This document shows, in pieces, positions 21,061 through 30,284 of a stretch of DNA of 64,000 nucleotides. The DNA comes from Candidatus Thorarchaeota archaeon (lineage in GTDB: Archaea > Asgardarchaeota > Thorarchaeia > Thorarchaeales > Thorarchaeaceae). The DNA is taken from positions 1 through 64,000 of the forward strand of contig JAWOEX010000013.1 in the NCBI GenBank assembly GCA_046482545.1, given 5' to 3'. Made by a program: the position numbers and the translations under genes. Numbering within the stretch: the stretch's first letter is position 1; every line of letters begins with the position of its first letter. Under the pieces are notes generated by a model, which ran no database searches, had not been told where the DNA came from, and saw only the letters and a list, made by a program, of their open reading frames with translations.

Positions 21061-21416
21061 TGGCCTTGGTCCGAAGCAATAACCCCAATTCTGTTCCACC
21101 AACTGTGTTACCACTGATTGGTCTCGCGACATCAGACTGTTGCTCTCTACCCGGCGCCTCAGGTCGACACGTCACAGGCGCACTCTTGAGATTGCTCCCC
21201 AGTGTTGGGCCGTTTCATCGTTTCCAAGTAGATCCTCAGCAGAACTATGAAGCGCTGCATCATGGTCAATTCTTGCTTGGACGTGTCGTTTCTGCTCCCA
21301 GAGCGAGGTTCTCACCTCCCTGCTTTCGCAGGACTGGCGTCGACACGGAGTTGGGAGTTTCCTCAGCGTTCTATCCAAGGACAAACACCGTCAGTCACTC
21401 TTTCGCTCCAAGGCCA
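21061..21416 (-). ncRNA. rnpB: RNase P RNA
   Basis: Minus strand has GAGGAAACTCC (CR-I) and AACAGAATTGGGGTTA (CR-V). Ends pair as P1 (TGGCCTTGG/CCAAGGCCA). Confidence 0.93.
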
Positions 21417-21504
21417 TTGGTAATGCTGTATTCTACGCATAAAGGGTTTCACCTATTAGCACTGCCTTTGAAACTGAAGAAGGAGAGGGATTAGAGTGAA
21501 TTGG

Positions 21505-22500
21505 TTAATCCTTTTTCCACATTGAAGGATAGCGCCCTCGTTCCATGAGAACCCGCTGCGTGACAGCAACAATGCCTGTACTTTTCTTTGCTATATCATT
21601 GCTATTGCACTGACTGCGAGACAAGGCAACAGCTTCACCTTTCATCGTTCTGAGAAGTACCAAGCTACCTTTCGTGATGCCCGTTGTAAGTCTAACAATA
21701 CCATTTGCAGCCAAATCAGCTCCATGACAAATGGCATCAACAGCGCTATCCCTTAGTTCTAGGTAGGGGAGGTGCTGGAGTGCATATTCGATAGGAAGAA
21801 GATATTCGCGCAGTTCGTCCTCGTAGCCATCCTCCCTCCAGAAGCAGTAAGCGTCCTTTAAATCATAGAGGGAACATGTATGCTCTTCCTCCTTGAAGGG
21901 GCCGACTCTCGTGCGTCGGAGTTCTTTCATGTGACCTCCCGTCTTCAAGGCTTCTCCTAGATCATGACAGAGCTTTCGGATGTAGGTCCCAGCTTCACAT
22001 CCAACCTTCATGAGAACAAGACGCCCTTTGATTTCAAGGATTTCATTATAGTAGATTTCTCTAACCCGCAGTACTCTCTTCACAGATGATCGCAATGGTG
22101 GCTTCTGGTAGATTTTACCCGTGAACTCTTCGACAACCCTACGGATTTCTGCTTCTGGAGCTTTCTCGTGAAGCTCGAGAATAGTGATGTATTCCTTGCC
22201 AGCCGGGAGAAGGGCTTGCATCGCTTTGGTGCCGTCTCCAATTCCCAGTGGAAGAATCCCGGTCACCGATGGATCAAGAGTACCGCCATGTCCCGCCTTA
22301 TCTGATTCGAGTATCTTTCGTGTCCAAGTTGCTATTTCATGACTGCTCGGTCCTGCCGGTTTGTCTAAACTCACCACTCCTTTGCCAAGGAGATGTTCAA
22401 TCGGTATACCACTTAGGTTTCCGAATCCATATTTCGAGTTTGTGGAATCAGTAGCCTTGACTATGATCTCTTTTGGACGGTCTGCCGGCAGGATGCCCAT
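21505..22500 (-). CDS. cbf5: H/ACA pseudouridine synthase Cbf5/TruB
   Basis: DKPAGPSSHE, GHGGTLDP, GKEY, GTYIRKLCHD, PUA domain. Confidence 0.97.
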   Translation of the reverse strand: MGILPADRPKEIIVKATDSTNSKYGFGNLSGIPIEHLLGKGVVSLDKPAGPSSHEIATWTRKILESDKAGHGGTLDPSVTGILPLGIGDGTKAMQALLPAGKEYITILELHEKAPEAEIRRVVEEFTGKIYQKPPLRSSVKRVLRVREIYYNEILEIKGRLVLMKVGCEAGTYIRKLCHDLGEALKTGGHMKELRRTRVGPFKEEEHTCSLYDLKDAYCFWREDGYEDELREYLLPIEYALQHLPYLELRDSAVDAICHGADLAANGIVRLTTGITKGSLVLLRTMKGEAVALSRSQCNSNDIAKKSTGIVAVTQRVLMERGRYPSMWKKD

Positions 22501-22528
22501 AGGATTATCGCCCTAAATCTGGTTTCAT

Positions 22529-22819
22529 CTAAACCATTCTGACCTTGCTGCGGAACTTCTCAACAAGTCCTGCATTCTCTAGAGCCTCAAGGACCATGTC
22601 ATCATCTGCCCCTCTTTCAATATCTATAATCTCTTCCAAGGGTTCCAGATGTTTGATGTTGCAATCTCGTCTTCGAACACTAGATACGTGTTTCGGACCT
22701 GTAATCATTACATACTTGCCATCCATCTCATCAACAACTACACAGTAACTGCCAGCTTCACGCCCAGCAGTCTTAACACAAATTCTGCCTGTCTCGTATA
22801 GTACCATTGTTCTCACCAA
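22529..22819 (-). CDS. rpl14e: 50S ribosomal protein eL14
   Basis: GRICVKTAGREAG, VRRR.CNIKHLEP. Confidence 0.95.
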   Translation of the reverse strand: MVRTMVLYETGRICVKTAGREAGSYCVVVDEMDGKYVMITGPKHVSSVRRRDCNIKHLEPLEEIIDIERGADDDMVLEALENAGLVEKFRSKVRMV

Positions 22820-22945
22820 TCCTCAAACCCATCCCTCGTCGACCTGAACCCCCAAGTCACCTCAAGGATTCATTCTTGGGAGGGGAGGATATGTGGCTAC
22901 TTGACCAAGTCAATATCAGCTTTGCGCTAGCCACGCAAAGGAGCA

Positions 22946-23485
22946 TTAGTTATCCTGATTCAGGTTTCGAATTGCTGTAGAAATAATCGATACAACCCCT
23001 TGAAGGGAATAGAGTTCGGTGTTCAGTATCAGATCGTATACGGAATAATCAGAGATATCGATGCCATAATATTCCATATACCTTTCACCTTCACTTCTTT
23101 CTCTGATCAGGGTCTCTTCTTTTGCCTCCTCGAAAGGTGTCTCATCTCGGTCTGCTATTCTTTGTACTCTGACATTCAATGGTGCAGTAAGTAATATGCT
23201 CAGATCAGCATGTTTTCCGGCCATCCAAGCTGCCAATTGCCCGTCAAGAATCACGTTCCCCTTCCTGGCTTCCGCCTTGAGTGTGGCATCAAGCTTTCTA
23301 TCCACATCACTGTTTTCTTCGGCATAGGCACTGAACTCCTCCAAATTCATCCCCTTCTGCGCAGCTAATTTCCTGAAAATCTGGCCTGCTGAGACCCTAC
23401 GGAGATTGAATTCTTTTGCAATTCTATCCGCGACAGAGCTCTTGCCTGTACCGTGGAGCCCGCCAAGAGTTACTACAAGAGCCAT
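22946..23485 (-). CDS. cmk: Cytidylate kinase (archaeal)
   Basis: GLHGTGKSS, SAGQIFR, YYGID; conserved operon position. Confidence 0.93.
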   Translation of the reverse strand: MALVVTLGGLHGTGKSSVADRIAKEFNLRRVSAGQIFRKLAAQKGMNLEEFSAYAEENSDVDRKLDATLKAEARKGNVILDGQLAAWMAGKHADLSILLTAPLNVRVQRIADRDETPFEEAKEETLIRERSEGERYMEYYGIDISDYSVYDLILNTELYSLQGVVSIISTAIRNLNQDN

Positions 23486-23486
23486 T

Positions 23487-23756
23487 CTACTGCTCTCTTA
23501 CCTGTCTTTTGATTAGCCTTCGCACCGCTTTTGGGCTCAAGACCCCACCGTAGGGCCTATTTGGCCGCTTTGATGATTTGCTGGACTTTCTGTTTAGATT
23601 ATGTTTCGCTTCTTTCGGAAGATTCAGCTTGGTACCGGTAATTGGGCACCGTCCCTTCGGTGAGTAGAATTTCTCCCTGTGGACAACGTTGCGGCCCCCG
23701 GGGGTGGTTATTTTCCTGTTTGCTCTTCCTCTTGTCAATTCTCCTGGTCTAGGCAT
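23487..23756 (-). CDS. rpl34e: 50S ribosomal protein eL34
   Basis: TPGG, KRPNRPYGG; only one Zn-ligand Cys is retained. Confidence 0.9.
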   Translation of the reverse strand: MPRPGELTRGRANRKITTPGGRNVVHREKFYSPKGRCPITGTKLNLPKEAKHNLNRKSSKSSKRPNRPYGGVLSPKAVRRLIKRQVREQ

Positions 23757-23820
23757 GATTAATCACCATTGTTCGTTTTGTTCACGAGCATCGTTTCATC
23801 TTTTAAGGGCAATGGTGCAC

Positions 23821-23859
23821 ATAACCTGTTTTCTTTACAGTTGAGTGAACCCAACTGAG
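23821..23859. repeat. Dispersed ~38 bp hairpin repeat matching the end of the 61300 element
   Basis: ATAACCTGTTTTCTTTACAGTTGAGTGAACCCAACTGAG. Confidence 0.8.
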
Positions 23860-23901
23860 GAGACCCATACTATGCCATCCCCTTTGATCGAAGTGGCTTT
23901 C

Positions 23902-24459
23902 TTACATCACTTGAGTTCCCATAATTCGCTGAAGGATTGATGACAGACCAAGGCCTGATAGCAAATAGAACCCCCAGAAGGTCATACCGAATCCAGCAGG
24001 TGTTGGAAAACCAATCCAGCCAACAAGGAAGGGCAGTACTTTGTGAACGCTGAAGGGCAATACCGCGACAATCAAATCCCCTTCTGGACCGCTGAAGAAA
24101 GATCGCAGTATTGTGAAGAACAGAGCAAACGGGATAAAGAAGAACAGAGACGGCTTACAACGCTCAGAAAGCATTTCCCGCTGAATCTTCTCTATATACC
24201 CTCGTTTTCGCTCCAGCTTCTTGAGCATGTTTTCGTCTTGGCTTTCTTCTGCTTTTTTCTGGAGCTCTTGGAATTCCTTGATTTGTTTCTGATGCCGCTT
24301 GAGTGTCCGCATATCAGCAAAGCGTTTCATTGCAAGATTGCTAATGCTTGATATAGTAACCGATACGAAGACCACAAACAGGGCAGAAAGCGGTAGTTGC
24401 CTGAAAATGGCAAAGGTAGCGGTAAACCAATTCATAAAATCTGCGATTAAGTTTTGCAT
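23902..24459 (-). CDS. EMC3/TMCO1 (DUF106, Oxa1 superfamily) membrane protein
   Basis: TM, coiled coil, then two TMs; located between adk and eL34. Confidence 0.88.
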   Translation of the reverse strand: MQNLIADFMNWFTATFAIFRQLPLSALFVVFVSVTISSISNLAMKRFADMRTLKRHQKQIKEFQELQKKAEESQDENMLKKLERKRGYIEKIQREMLSERCKPSLFFFIPFALFFTILRSFFSGPEGDLIVAVLPFSVHKVLPFLVGWIGFPTPAGFGMTFWGFYLLSGLGLSSILQRIMGTQVM

Positions 24460-24465
24460 ATCTGT

Positions 24466-25068
24466 TTACTCCATTACTGTTTCTGCAAGCTTTGTAGCGG
24501 CTTCTTCTGCTTTCCCCTGGTAATTCTTGATGATTCTAATGGTTGCACCAGTAAGGGTACCTGCTGCAGCTGCAGCTGCCCTACACATCTCTTGGTGACT
24601 TGTGATTTCAGCCGTCAGCTGTACATCTCTGTCACGACTTTCGTCTTGGGCACGTCTACTGGCGATGTTTTTTGGTTCTGCTTCAATAAGCACTATGGTC
24701 TTTGGCATGATGGCCTTGACAACCCATTCTGGAAGTCCGATTAAGAACCCGTTGGGTGTCTCTATCAGGGTATGAGTATCAACAATAACGCGAGATGCTT
24801 CTGCTTTCTTTGCAATTGATTCACCCGCCAGCTGCTGAATTTCTCGTTGCTTATCGGTAGGAAGTTTTCGGATTTCGTCCCGATTTACTACGAGGCCTCT
24901 TGCTGAAGCAACCTCAAACATCTCGGTACCGAAGTTGATTACCTTGACTTCTTCGCCGAATTCTTTGTTGATGTATTCAATAGCACCATCAATGACTGTG
25001 GTCTTACCAACGCCTGGAATTCCAGTCGTTATAACTGCATTTCTTGATTTTGCCATACCATGGGTCAC
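24466..25068 (-). CDS. adkA: Adenylate kinase (archaeal)
   Basis: GIPGVGKTT, NFG..M, RDEIRKL, VDTH, GLP. Confidence 0.95.
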   Translation of the reverse strand: MTHGMAKSRNAVITTGIPGVGKTTVIDGAIEYINKEFGEEVKVINFGTEMFEVASARGLVVNRDEIRKLPTDKQREIQQLAGESIAKKAEASRVIVDTHTLIETPNGFLIGLPEWVVKAIMPKTIVLIEAEPKNIASRRAQDESRDRDVQLTAEITSHQEMCRAAAAAAGTLTGATIRIIKNYQGKAEEAATKLAETVME

Positions 25069-25198
25069 CTGCCGTATCGTATTCGCTCATCAACTATCCG
25101 GCTTTTAATAGTTCCTTCCCTCGGAAATGGGGATATTCACTTTTCCGGGCAGGCCCTTCGGACCCGTTCTCCAGCTGGGCACAAAGCAACATGAGTGA

Positions 25199-26692
25199 CT
25201 AGAGGATACCAAGCAAACCTTCGACACCTTCACCGCCCATAGAGGAGAGTTGTTCCTTGGCGATTTGCTCGTAGTACTGCTTGATGATAGATACCATAAG
25301 CAGAATTCCAGTTCCGCTTGCTAATGCCCCCAGAACATCTGCAGTTGCTGCTATACTACCAATTATGACTCCACCAAGACCAGCTACTACAGGGATATAT
25401 CTCTGCAACAGTCGTTCTAGCACTTTCTCGCTTCTCCTGAAGCCAGGGACTATGTATCCCGAATCCAAGAGCTGACGAGCAACATCCCGAGGTGCTATTC
25501 CTGAAATCTCAACCCATATAGTGCTGAAACCCCAGCAGAGGAGCACCATAATAACTGCGTATACGATGATATGAAGAATACCGTCGAACCCTTCATTGAT
25601 GACGCTAAACAGTCCCTGCGGCGGCGTTATGTATCTTGCCAATCCTCCATCTGCTATCAAGCGTGTGCTATTTGGATCCTGTTTGAACGTGCCTATGAGG
25701 TTAAGAAATGGATTATTGCCTTCACTATTGAAGTTGGTGAATATTATCTGGCCAAAGAAGAGGATATTCGCATAAAGGGCCTGCGAGAGGATAACGGGGA
25801 TATTCGAGGTATAGAGGAGCTTGATGGGATATCTTGCCTTCATTCCTCGATATCTTGCATATTGAAGGGGTATTTCTACACGAACAGACTCCAACCATAG
25901 GACCACAGCGAAAATGCCAAAGGTCACGACAAGTGACATGATGCTCGGATTGAAACCGTCTCGAATTAGGAACCAGCCCAAGTCGACGACTGGACCTTGG
26001 TCACCACCAATGCCAAACCACCGTAGAAGATTGGTGAGAAGTGCTGATATGATACCCTTTGGGAGATTCGTTGGATTTGCCTCAGGTACTGATTCTAGCT
26101 CCACGATATTGAACATGTTATAAATAACCTGTCCAGCAACATTGGTCATGATGAATAGTGAAACACCGGAACCAAGTCCCCACCCCTTCTGTACCAGCTC
26201 GTCCATGAGTATGACGACGACACCTGCTATGAAGAGCTGCAAGAATACAAGGACCTGACTATTCGGTGAGAGTTCTCCATATGCCCCACCGAAAATGTAG
26301 GCGAGAGCCTGGAATGCTGTCATGAACAGTGCGAGTACTTTCTGTCCACCAGTGAATAGAGCGCGCTCCTCAGGATTTCCATAGTCAACATCAATAATCT
26401 TCGACCCTGAAAGCAGCTGCATGACAAGTCCTGCTGTGACAATAGGCCCTATACCGAGTTCCATCAGCGTACCACGTGAGCTGGCTAGGATGACCCTCAT
26501 TGCCCATAGGTAGTCAGTACCGGTTTGTGGATCTACGCCATAAAGAGGCATGTGTGACATGACTAGAAAAATTATGAGAATCAAGAGAGTCCATATCCCT
26601 TTTTCTCTGAACGACACTTCTCGATCTGGTGCCTTCACCTGCGGCATGATTCGCACGAAAGGTGAAAGCAATCTGAGGAATGTAGATGTCAC
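25199..26692 (-). CDS. secY: Preprotein translocase SecY/Sec61 alpha
   Basis: GTLMELGIGPIVTAG, GWGLGSGVSLFI, YPIKLLYTSNIP, SGTGILL. Confidence 0.98.
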   Translation of the reverse strand: MTSTFLRLLSPFVRIMPQVKAPDREVSFREKGIWTLLILIIFLVMSHMPLYGVDPQTGTDYLWAMRVILASSRGTLMELGIGPIVTAGLVMQLLSGSKIIDVDYGNPEERALFTGGQKVLALFMTAFQALAYIFGGAYGELSPNSQVLVFLQLFIAGVVVILMDELVQKGWGLGSGVSLFIMTNVAGQVIYNMFNIVELESVPEANPTNLPKGIISALLTNLLRWFGIGGDQGPVVDLGWFLIRDGFNPSIMSLVVTFGIFAVVLWLESVRVEIPLQYARYRGMKARYPIKLLYTSNIPVILSQALYANILFFGQIIFTNFNSEGNNPFLNLIGTFKQDPNSTRLIADGGLARYITPPQGLFSVINEGFDGILHIIVYAVIMVLLCWGFSTIWVEISGIAPRDVARQLLDSGYIVPGFRRSEKVLERLLQRYIPVVAGLGGVIIGSIAATADVLGALASGTGILLMVSIIKQYYEQIAKEQLSSMGGEGVEGLLGIL

Positions 26693-26910
26693 GAGTAGGA
26701 GTTCTCCTGCAGGTTACTGTGGGTGCACCTTGATTGTGCCTTTAAACGTATTGATGAATGAATGCCTCTTTTTTCTGGAAACTAGCCATAAAATAAATTG
26801 CTTAGCGATAACCCTTCAATTAACCCGTCTGTTCTATATGACGAATCTTCTGCTGACTGAACAACAAAGTGGGTGTGATATGTGCATAATCAGGAAAAGG
26901 GATGCGGCGT

Positions 26911-27360
26911 TCAATCTTCCTTCAGGTCGATTGTACCGCCCACATCATTGATCTTCTTCTTGGCACTATCAGATATATCCTCAACGCCTCGAAGATCGAG
27001 TTTTCGTGTAACTCTGCCTGCACCAAGCACTTTATCGATGCCCATCTTGGAAATATCGATTTCATATCTCTCTCCTTTCTTCTCCCCAAGACCATCTTCG
27101 ACAAGCTGGTCGGCGCGCATATCGATATCCCGTACATTCAGTACGCTGACGTCTTCAACAACCCGCTGGGGCCTTGTGAAACCATGTTTCCCAAAATAAT
27201 GGGGATCTTCAGCCATTACTTTCTGGTAGTGATGTTTCTTGGATCCTGCTGCACCTTTTCCCCCTCGCTGCCCTGATTTCCGGTGACCTTTAGTAAACCC
27301 GTATCCTGAACCCCGTCGTCCACGAGTTTTGTTAATCTTCTTTTTCTTGCGATTAGCCAT
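26911..27360 (-). CDS. rpl15: 50S ribosomal protein uL15
   Basis: GQRGGKGAAG, FGKHGF, KVLGAG. Confidence 0.95.
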   Translation of the reverse strand: MANRKKKKINKTRGRRGSGYGFTKGHRKSGQRGGKGAAGSKKHHYQKVMAEDPHYFGKHGFTRPQRVVEDVSVLNVRDIDMRADQLVEDGLGEKKGERYEIDISKMGIDKVLGAGRVTRKLDLRGVEDISDSAKKKINDVGGTIDLKED

Positions 27361-27373
27361 TATTGTATCTCCT

Positions 27374-27925
27374 CTATGCTTTCTTTAAACGGATTTCGAG
27401 CACGCCGTTTCTGATTGACGAACTAGCGTCTTCTTTCATCACTCTACTTGGTAACTCGACTTCTTTGTAATATGGCTTGTTTGGATTATCGACATGTATA
27501 GTAAGGTGTTGCCCCTTGACGCGGACCTTAATATCATCCTTATCTACACCTGGCAGTTCCGCCACAACAATAATCTCATCCTTTTCATCAATGACATCAA
27601 CTAGTGGTTCATAGTGACCTGCCCTTGGAGTTCCTTTCTCTTGGAAATCAGTATTACCGAATTTCTTGATGACTGGCTGGCCATCCGGTCCGACGCTCAT
27701 AGAGAATCCGAAGACGAACGGATTGGTCTGTCCTTGCTGTTTGATGAACTCATTGAGTGATTTTCTATCAAGCATGTTCTCATCTCTCATTTGTCTCATC
27801 ATCCGCTCCATCATCTTATCGATCTCTGCAAAGACCCCTTCTGGAAGGAACTCACCGAACCACTTACGTAGTTCTTTACGTGGGTCCTCATCGTCATCAT
27901 CATAGTACCATGACATAGTTTTCAC
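27374..27925 (-). CDS. hsp20: Small heat-shock protein Hsp20
   Basis: FGFSMSVGPDGQP, EPLVDV, AELPGV.KDDI, NGVLEI. Confidence 0.93.
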   Translation of the reverse strand: MKTMSWYYDDDDEDPRKELRKWFGEFLPEGVFAEIDKMMERMMRQMRDENMLDRKSLNEFIKQQGQTNPFVFGFSMSVGPDGQPVIKKFGNTDFQEKGTPRAGHYEPLVDVIDEKDEIIVVAELPGVDKDDIKVRVKGQHLTIHVDNPNKPYYKEVELPSRVMKEDASSSIRNGVLEIRLKKA

Positions 27926-27938
27926 CTCTTTTGCTTCA

Positions 27939-28403
27939 TCATATCATTCTCTTGGCAAGGTTATTAATGTCGGGGCCGCGGTATCCGAGAACTCCACCTG
28001 TCTTAATCGGCTCATTGATTTTACCACGATATCCTCCACTGGGTGGACTCAATCTGAACAACGGTTTCAGCCCTTTAACGTCCGATAGTTTGGCCTCACC
28101 AGCGGCAAGTGCTTTTGAAAAGTCTTTCATGGATTTGTACTCAGAGTGCTCTTTGACGTATTCATCGCTCAATCTTCTGTTTGCGGAAAGCCGACCGCGT
28201 TTTCTGACAAGGATTTCAGCGATTTCAGAGTCTATCTCTCCCCAAGTAACATAATCCTTGACTTTGTTAATCATTCCTCTCATAGCTGGGGTATTCTTTA
28301 CAACAATGGCGCTGTGATTTCGTCCCAGCCGTAGCTTCTTCAGGGCATCTTGAATCTGCGGCCTCACTCTCACGTCACCGCGTGTGCGAATCGCTAGTAA
28401 CAT
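27939..28403 (-). CDS. rpl30: 50S ribosomal protein uL30
   Basis: AIRTRG, KVKDYVTWGE, FRLSPPSGG, GYRG. Confidence 0.95.
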   Translation of the reverse strand: MLLAIRTRGDVRVRPQIQDALKKLRLGRNHSAIVVKNTPAMRGMINKVKDYVTWGEIDSEIAEILVRKRGRLSANRRLSDEYVKEHSEYKSMKDFSKALAAGEAKLSDVKGLKPLFRLSPPSGGYRGKINEPIKTGGVLGYRGPDINNLAKRMI

Positions 28404-28410
28404 TTCTCCT

Positions 28411-29070
28411 TCATTGCTCACCTGTAACCACTCCTGATTGTCTAGCCCATTCTTGAGGGGGGAGCATTCTGTAGGTCTGCTGTAGTGCGTCAACAAATGC
28501 CTTGGCGAAGTTACCTGAGATTCTAGAACGCCCTCGCCGCTCCGACCAAATATCTTCGACACCAGCTATACTAAGTACAGTCTTTCCAACATCTGCAGTG
28601 ACTAATCCTGTTCCCTTCGGAGCTGGCTTCAGGGTTACTCTTACTGAACCCGATTTTCCGGTGACCTTGAAAGGAATACTATGCGAATCGTCGCATCGAC
28701 ATTCCCAAGACCCACAGCCACGTCTGAACAGAGTCAGATTGAGTTTGGCTCTTGCTTCCGCTGCTCGAATGGCAGGAACGAATTCTGCTGCCTTTCCAGT
28801 GCCTATTCCAACTATACCTTCCCCATTACCGACAACAACGCTAATCCTGAAGCTTCGTTGTTGACCACTGTCTGACTGTCTGCGCACAACAGTTACATCA
28901 ACAATCTCTTGCCGAAGGTCGGGATATAGCATATCGGCAATCTCTGGTTCCCGTATGGTGTAGTTATTCTCAACTATTTCTTGAAGACTGTTGATATGTC
29001 CTTCCTTGACAAGACGACCAAGTCTGGTCTTCGGGACCCAGTCTTCTAGTGAATCTCTATTCCTGCTCAT
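28411..29070 (-). CDS. rps5: 30S ribosomal protein uS5
   Basis: WVPKTRLGRLVK, RGCGSWEC, PAPKGTGL. Confidence 0.97.
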   Translation of the reverse strand: MSRNRDSLEDWVPKTRLGRLVKEGHINSLQEIVENNYTIREPEIADMLYPDLRQEIVDVTVVRRQSDSGQQRSFRISVVVGNGEGIVGIGTGKAAEFVPAIRAAEARAKLNLTLFRRGCGSWECRCDDSHSIPFKVTGKSGSVRVTLKPAPKGTGLVTADVGKTVLSIAGVEDIWSERRGRSRISGNFAKAFVDALQQTYRMLPPQEWARQSGVVTGEQ

Positions 29071-29084
29071 TTCTCATCAATCCT

Positions 29085-29831
29085 CTATTTTTTGCGCTTC
29101 TTGTCATGGCTTTGAACCAGTCTTCTTCGATGCTTGATGGGCTTAGCCCGTGGTGGGTGCTCCTCGGGTTTCTCGCGCTCCTTAGGCTCATGTTTTTTCT
29201 GTATGGCCCGTCTTTCCTTTGCATCCTTCTTCATCTTTTCAAGCTCTTTAACAGAGCTTTCCATTATTATATTGTTGACCTTTTCAAACTGTTCAGGAGT
29301 CTTCTGAACTTCAACCCCTTTCCGTTCAAGTCGGTCAAACATATGACTATCTTCGTCAGATTCATTGAAATGCTCATAGGCAGCTGCAATGTGTTCGCCT
29401 GTTATTCGAGAATCGCTTGGCAATATCTTTGGGTCGTGGGGAACGTCTACTCCGGCGTCAAGTGCTCCCTTCAAAACCGCAAAAACTGTAGACCCGCTGA
29501 CCGGTGGATTCAGTCCAATGTCCAGTACCGCTTCTTGAATCCCTTCTTCCTTGGCCCTGTTTGCCGCGAGCAGACCAGTCAGATAGGCTGCCGGCATGTT
29601 TCCCATGCCCATATCCCAGCCATAAGCATATAGCTCGCTAGACACCGCTGATGCTACCGTGTGATCTCCAGAGCGCTTTGCTATGATAAACTGTGCAATA
29701 GTTCGTGTATTGGTCCTCCTAACAACCAACCGTGGCTTTCCAGACAACAGAAGCTTGCGCCTACGATAATAGTCAGTGCGGCCTTCACGGCGCCGTCTGA
29801 ATTTGACTTTGTATGTTGAACCACGTGCCAT
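29085..29831 (-). CDS. rpl18: 50S ribosomal protein uL18 with charged C-terminal extension
   Basis: RRRREGRTDY, AAYLTGLL, GALDAG. Confidence 0.95.
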   Translation of the reverse strand: MARGSTYKVKFRRRREGRTDYYRRRKLLLSGKPRLVVRRTNTRTIAQFIIAKRSGDHTVASAVSSELYAYGWDMGMGNMPAAYLTGLLAANRAKEEGIQEAVLDIGLNPPVSGSTVFAVLKGALDAGVDVPHDPKILPSDSRITGEHIAAAYEHFNESDEDSHMFDRLERKGVEVQKTPEQFEKVNNIIMESSVKELEKMKKDAKERRAIQKKHEPKEREKPEEHPPRAKPIKHRRRLVQSHDKKRKK

Positions 29832-30283
29832 TATTCTCCAGTCTCCAAGTTTCTTTCTGATATGTAGGTCCTAAGATGTGCAACGTTTCTGAATGTGTTA
29901 CCCTTTGCCTTTCTGTAGAGTGTTCTGTAGACCGAAGATGTAATCATGCCTTCATCACGCAGCCGCCGAAGCTCCTTTCTAATTGGTCTGATTCTTCTAA
30001 TCCAACGATCCTTCTTCGACAGCTTTGCGGTAGCCTTACCTTTCTTGCGGCCAGGTCCTTTCTGCTGTCCTTTTCTTCGCTGGTTGGCCTTGTGTCGTGC
30101 TCGACCTCTGCTGACACCCTTCTTTGCCTTCTTCTGAATGATACCTTCGTCAATGAGTCTTCTGATGTCATTCTTGGTGATGGCCAAGCTTACCTCGTCT
30201 ACCCATTCCGGATCAATCCAAACACGGGATTTGCCAACTCCCATCACCTCTGCAGCTAATCTCTTTTGTGCAGTGAGCTTCAT
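29831..30283 (-). CDS. rpl19e: 50S ribosomal protein eL19
   Basis: QKRLAA, RVWIDP, GPGRKKG, LYRKAKG. Confidence 0.96.
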   Translation of the reverse strand: MKLTAQKRLAAEVMGVGKSRVWIDPEWVDEVSLAITKNDIRRLIDEGIIQKKAKKGVSRGRARHKANQRRKGQQKGPGRKKGKATAKLSKKDRWIRRIRPIRKELRRLRDEGMITSSVYRTLYRKAKGNTFRNVAHLRTYISERNLETGE

Positions 30284-30284
30284 T

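Noticed and set aside
21060-21494. 144-aa ORF on the + strand
   Set aside because: It is antisense to the RNase P RNA gene.
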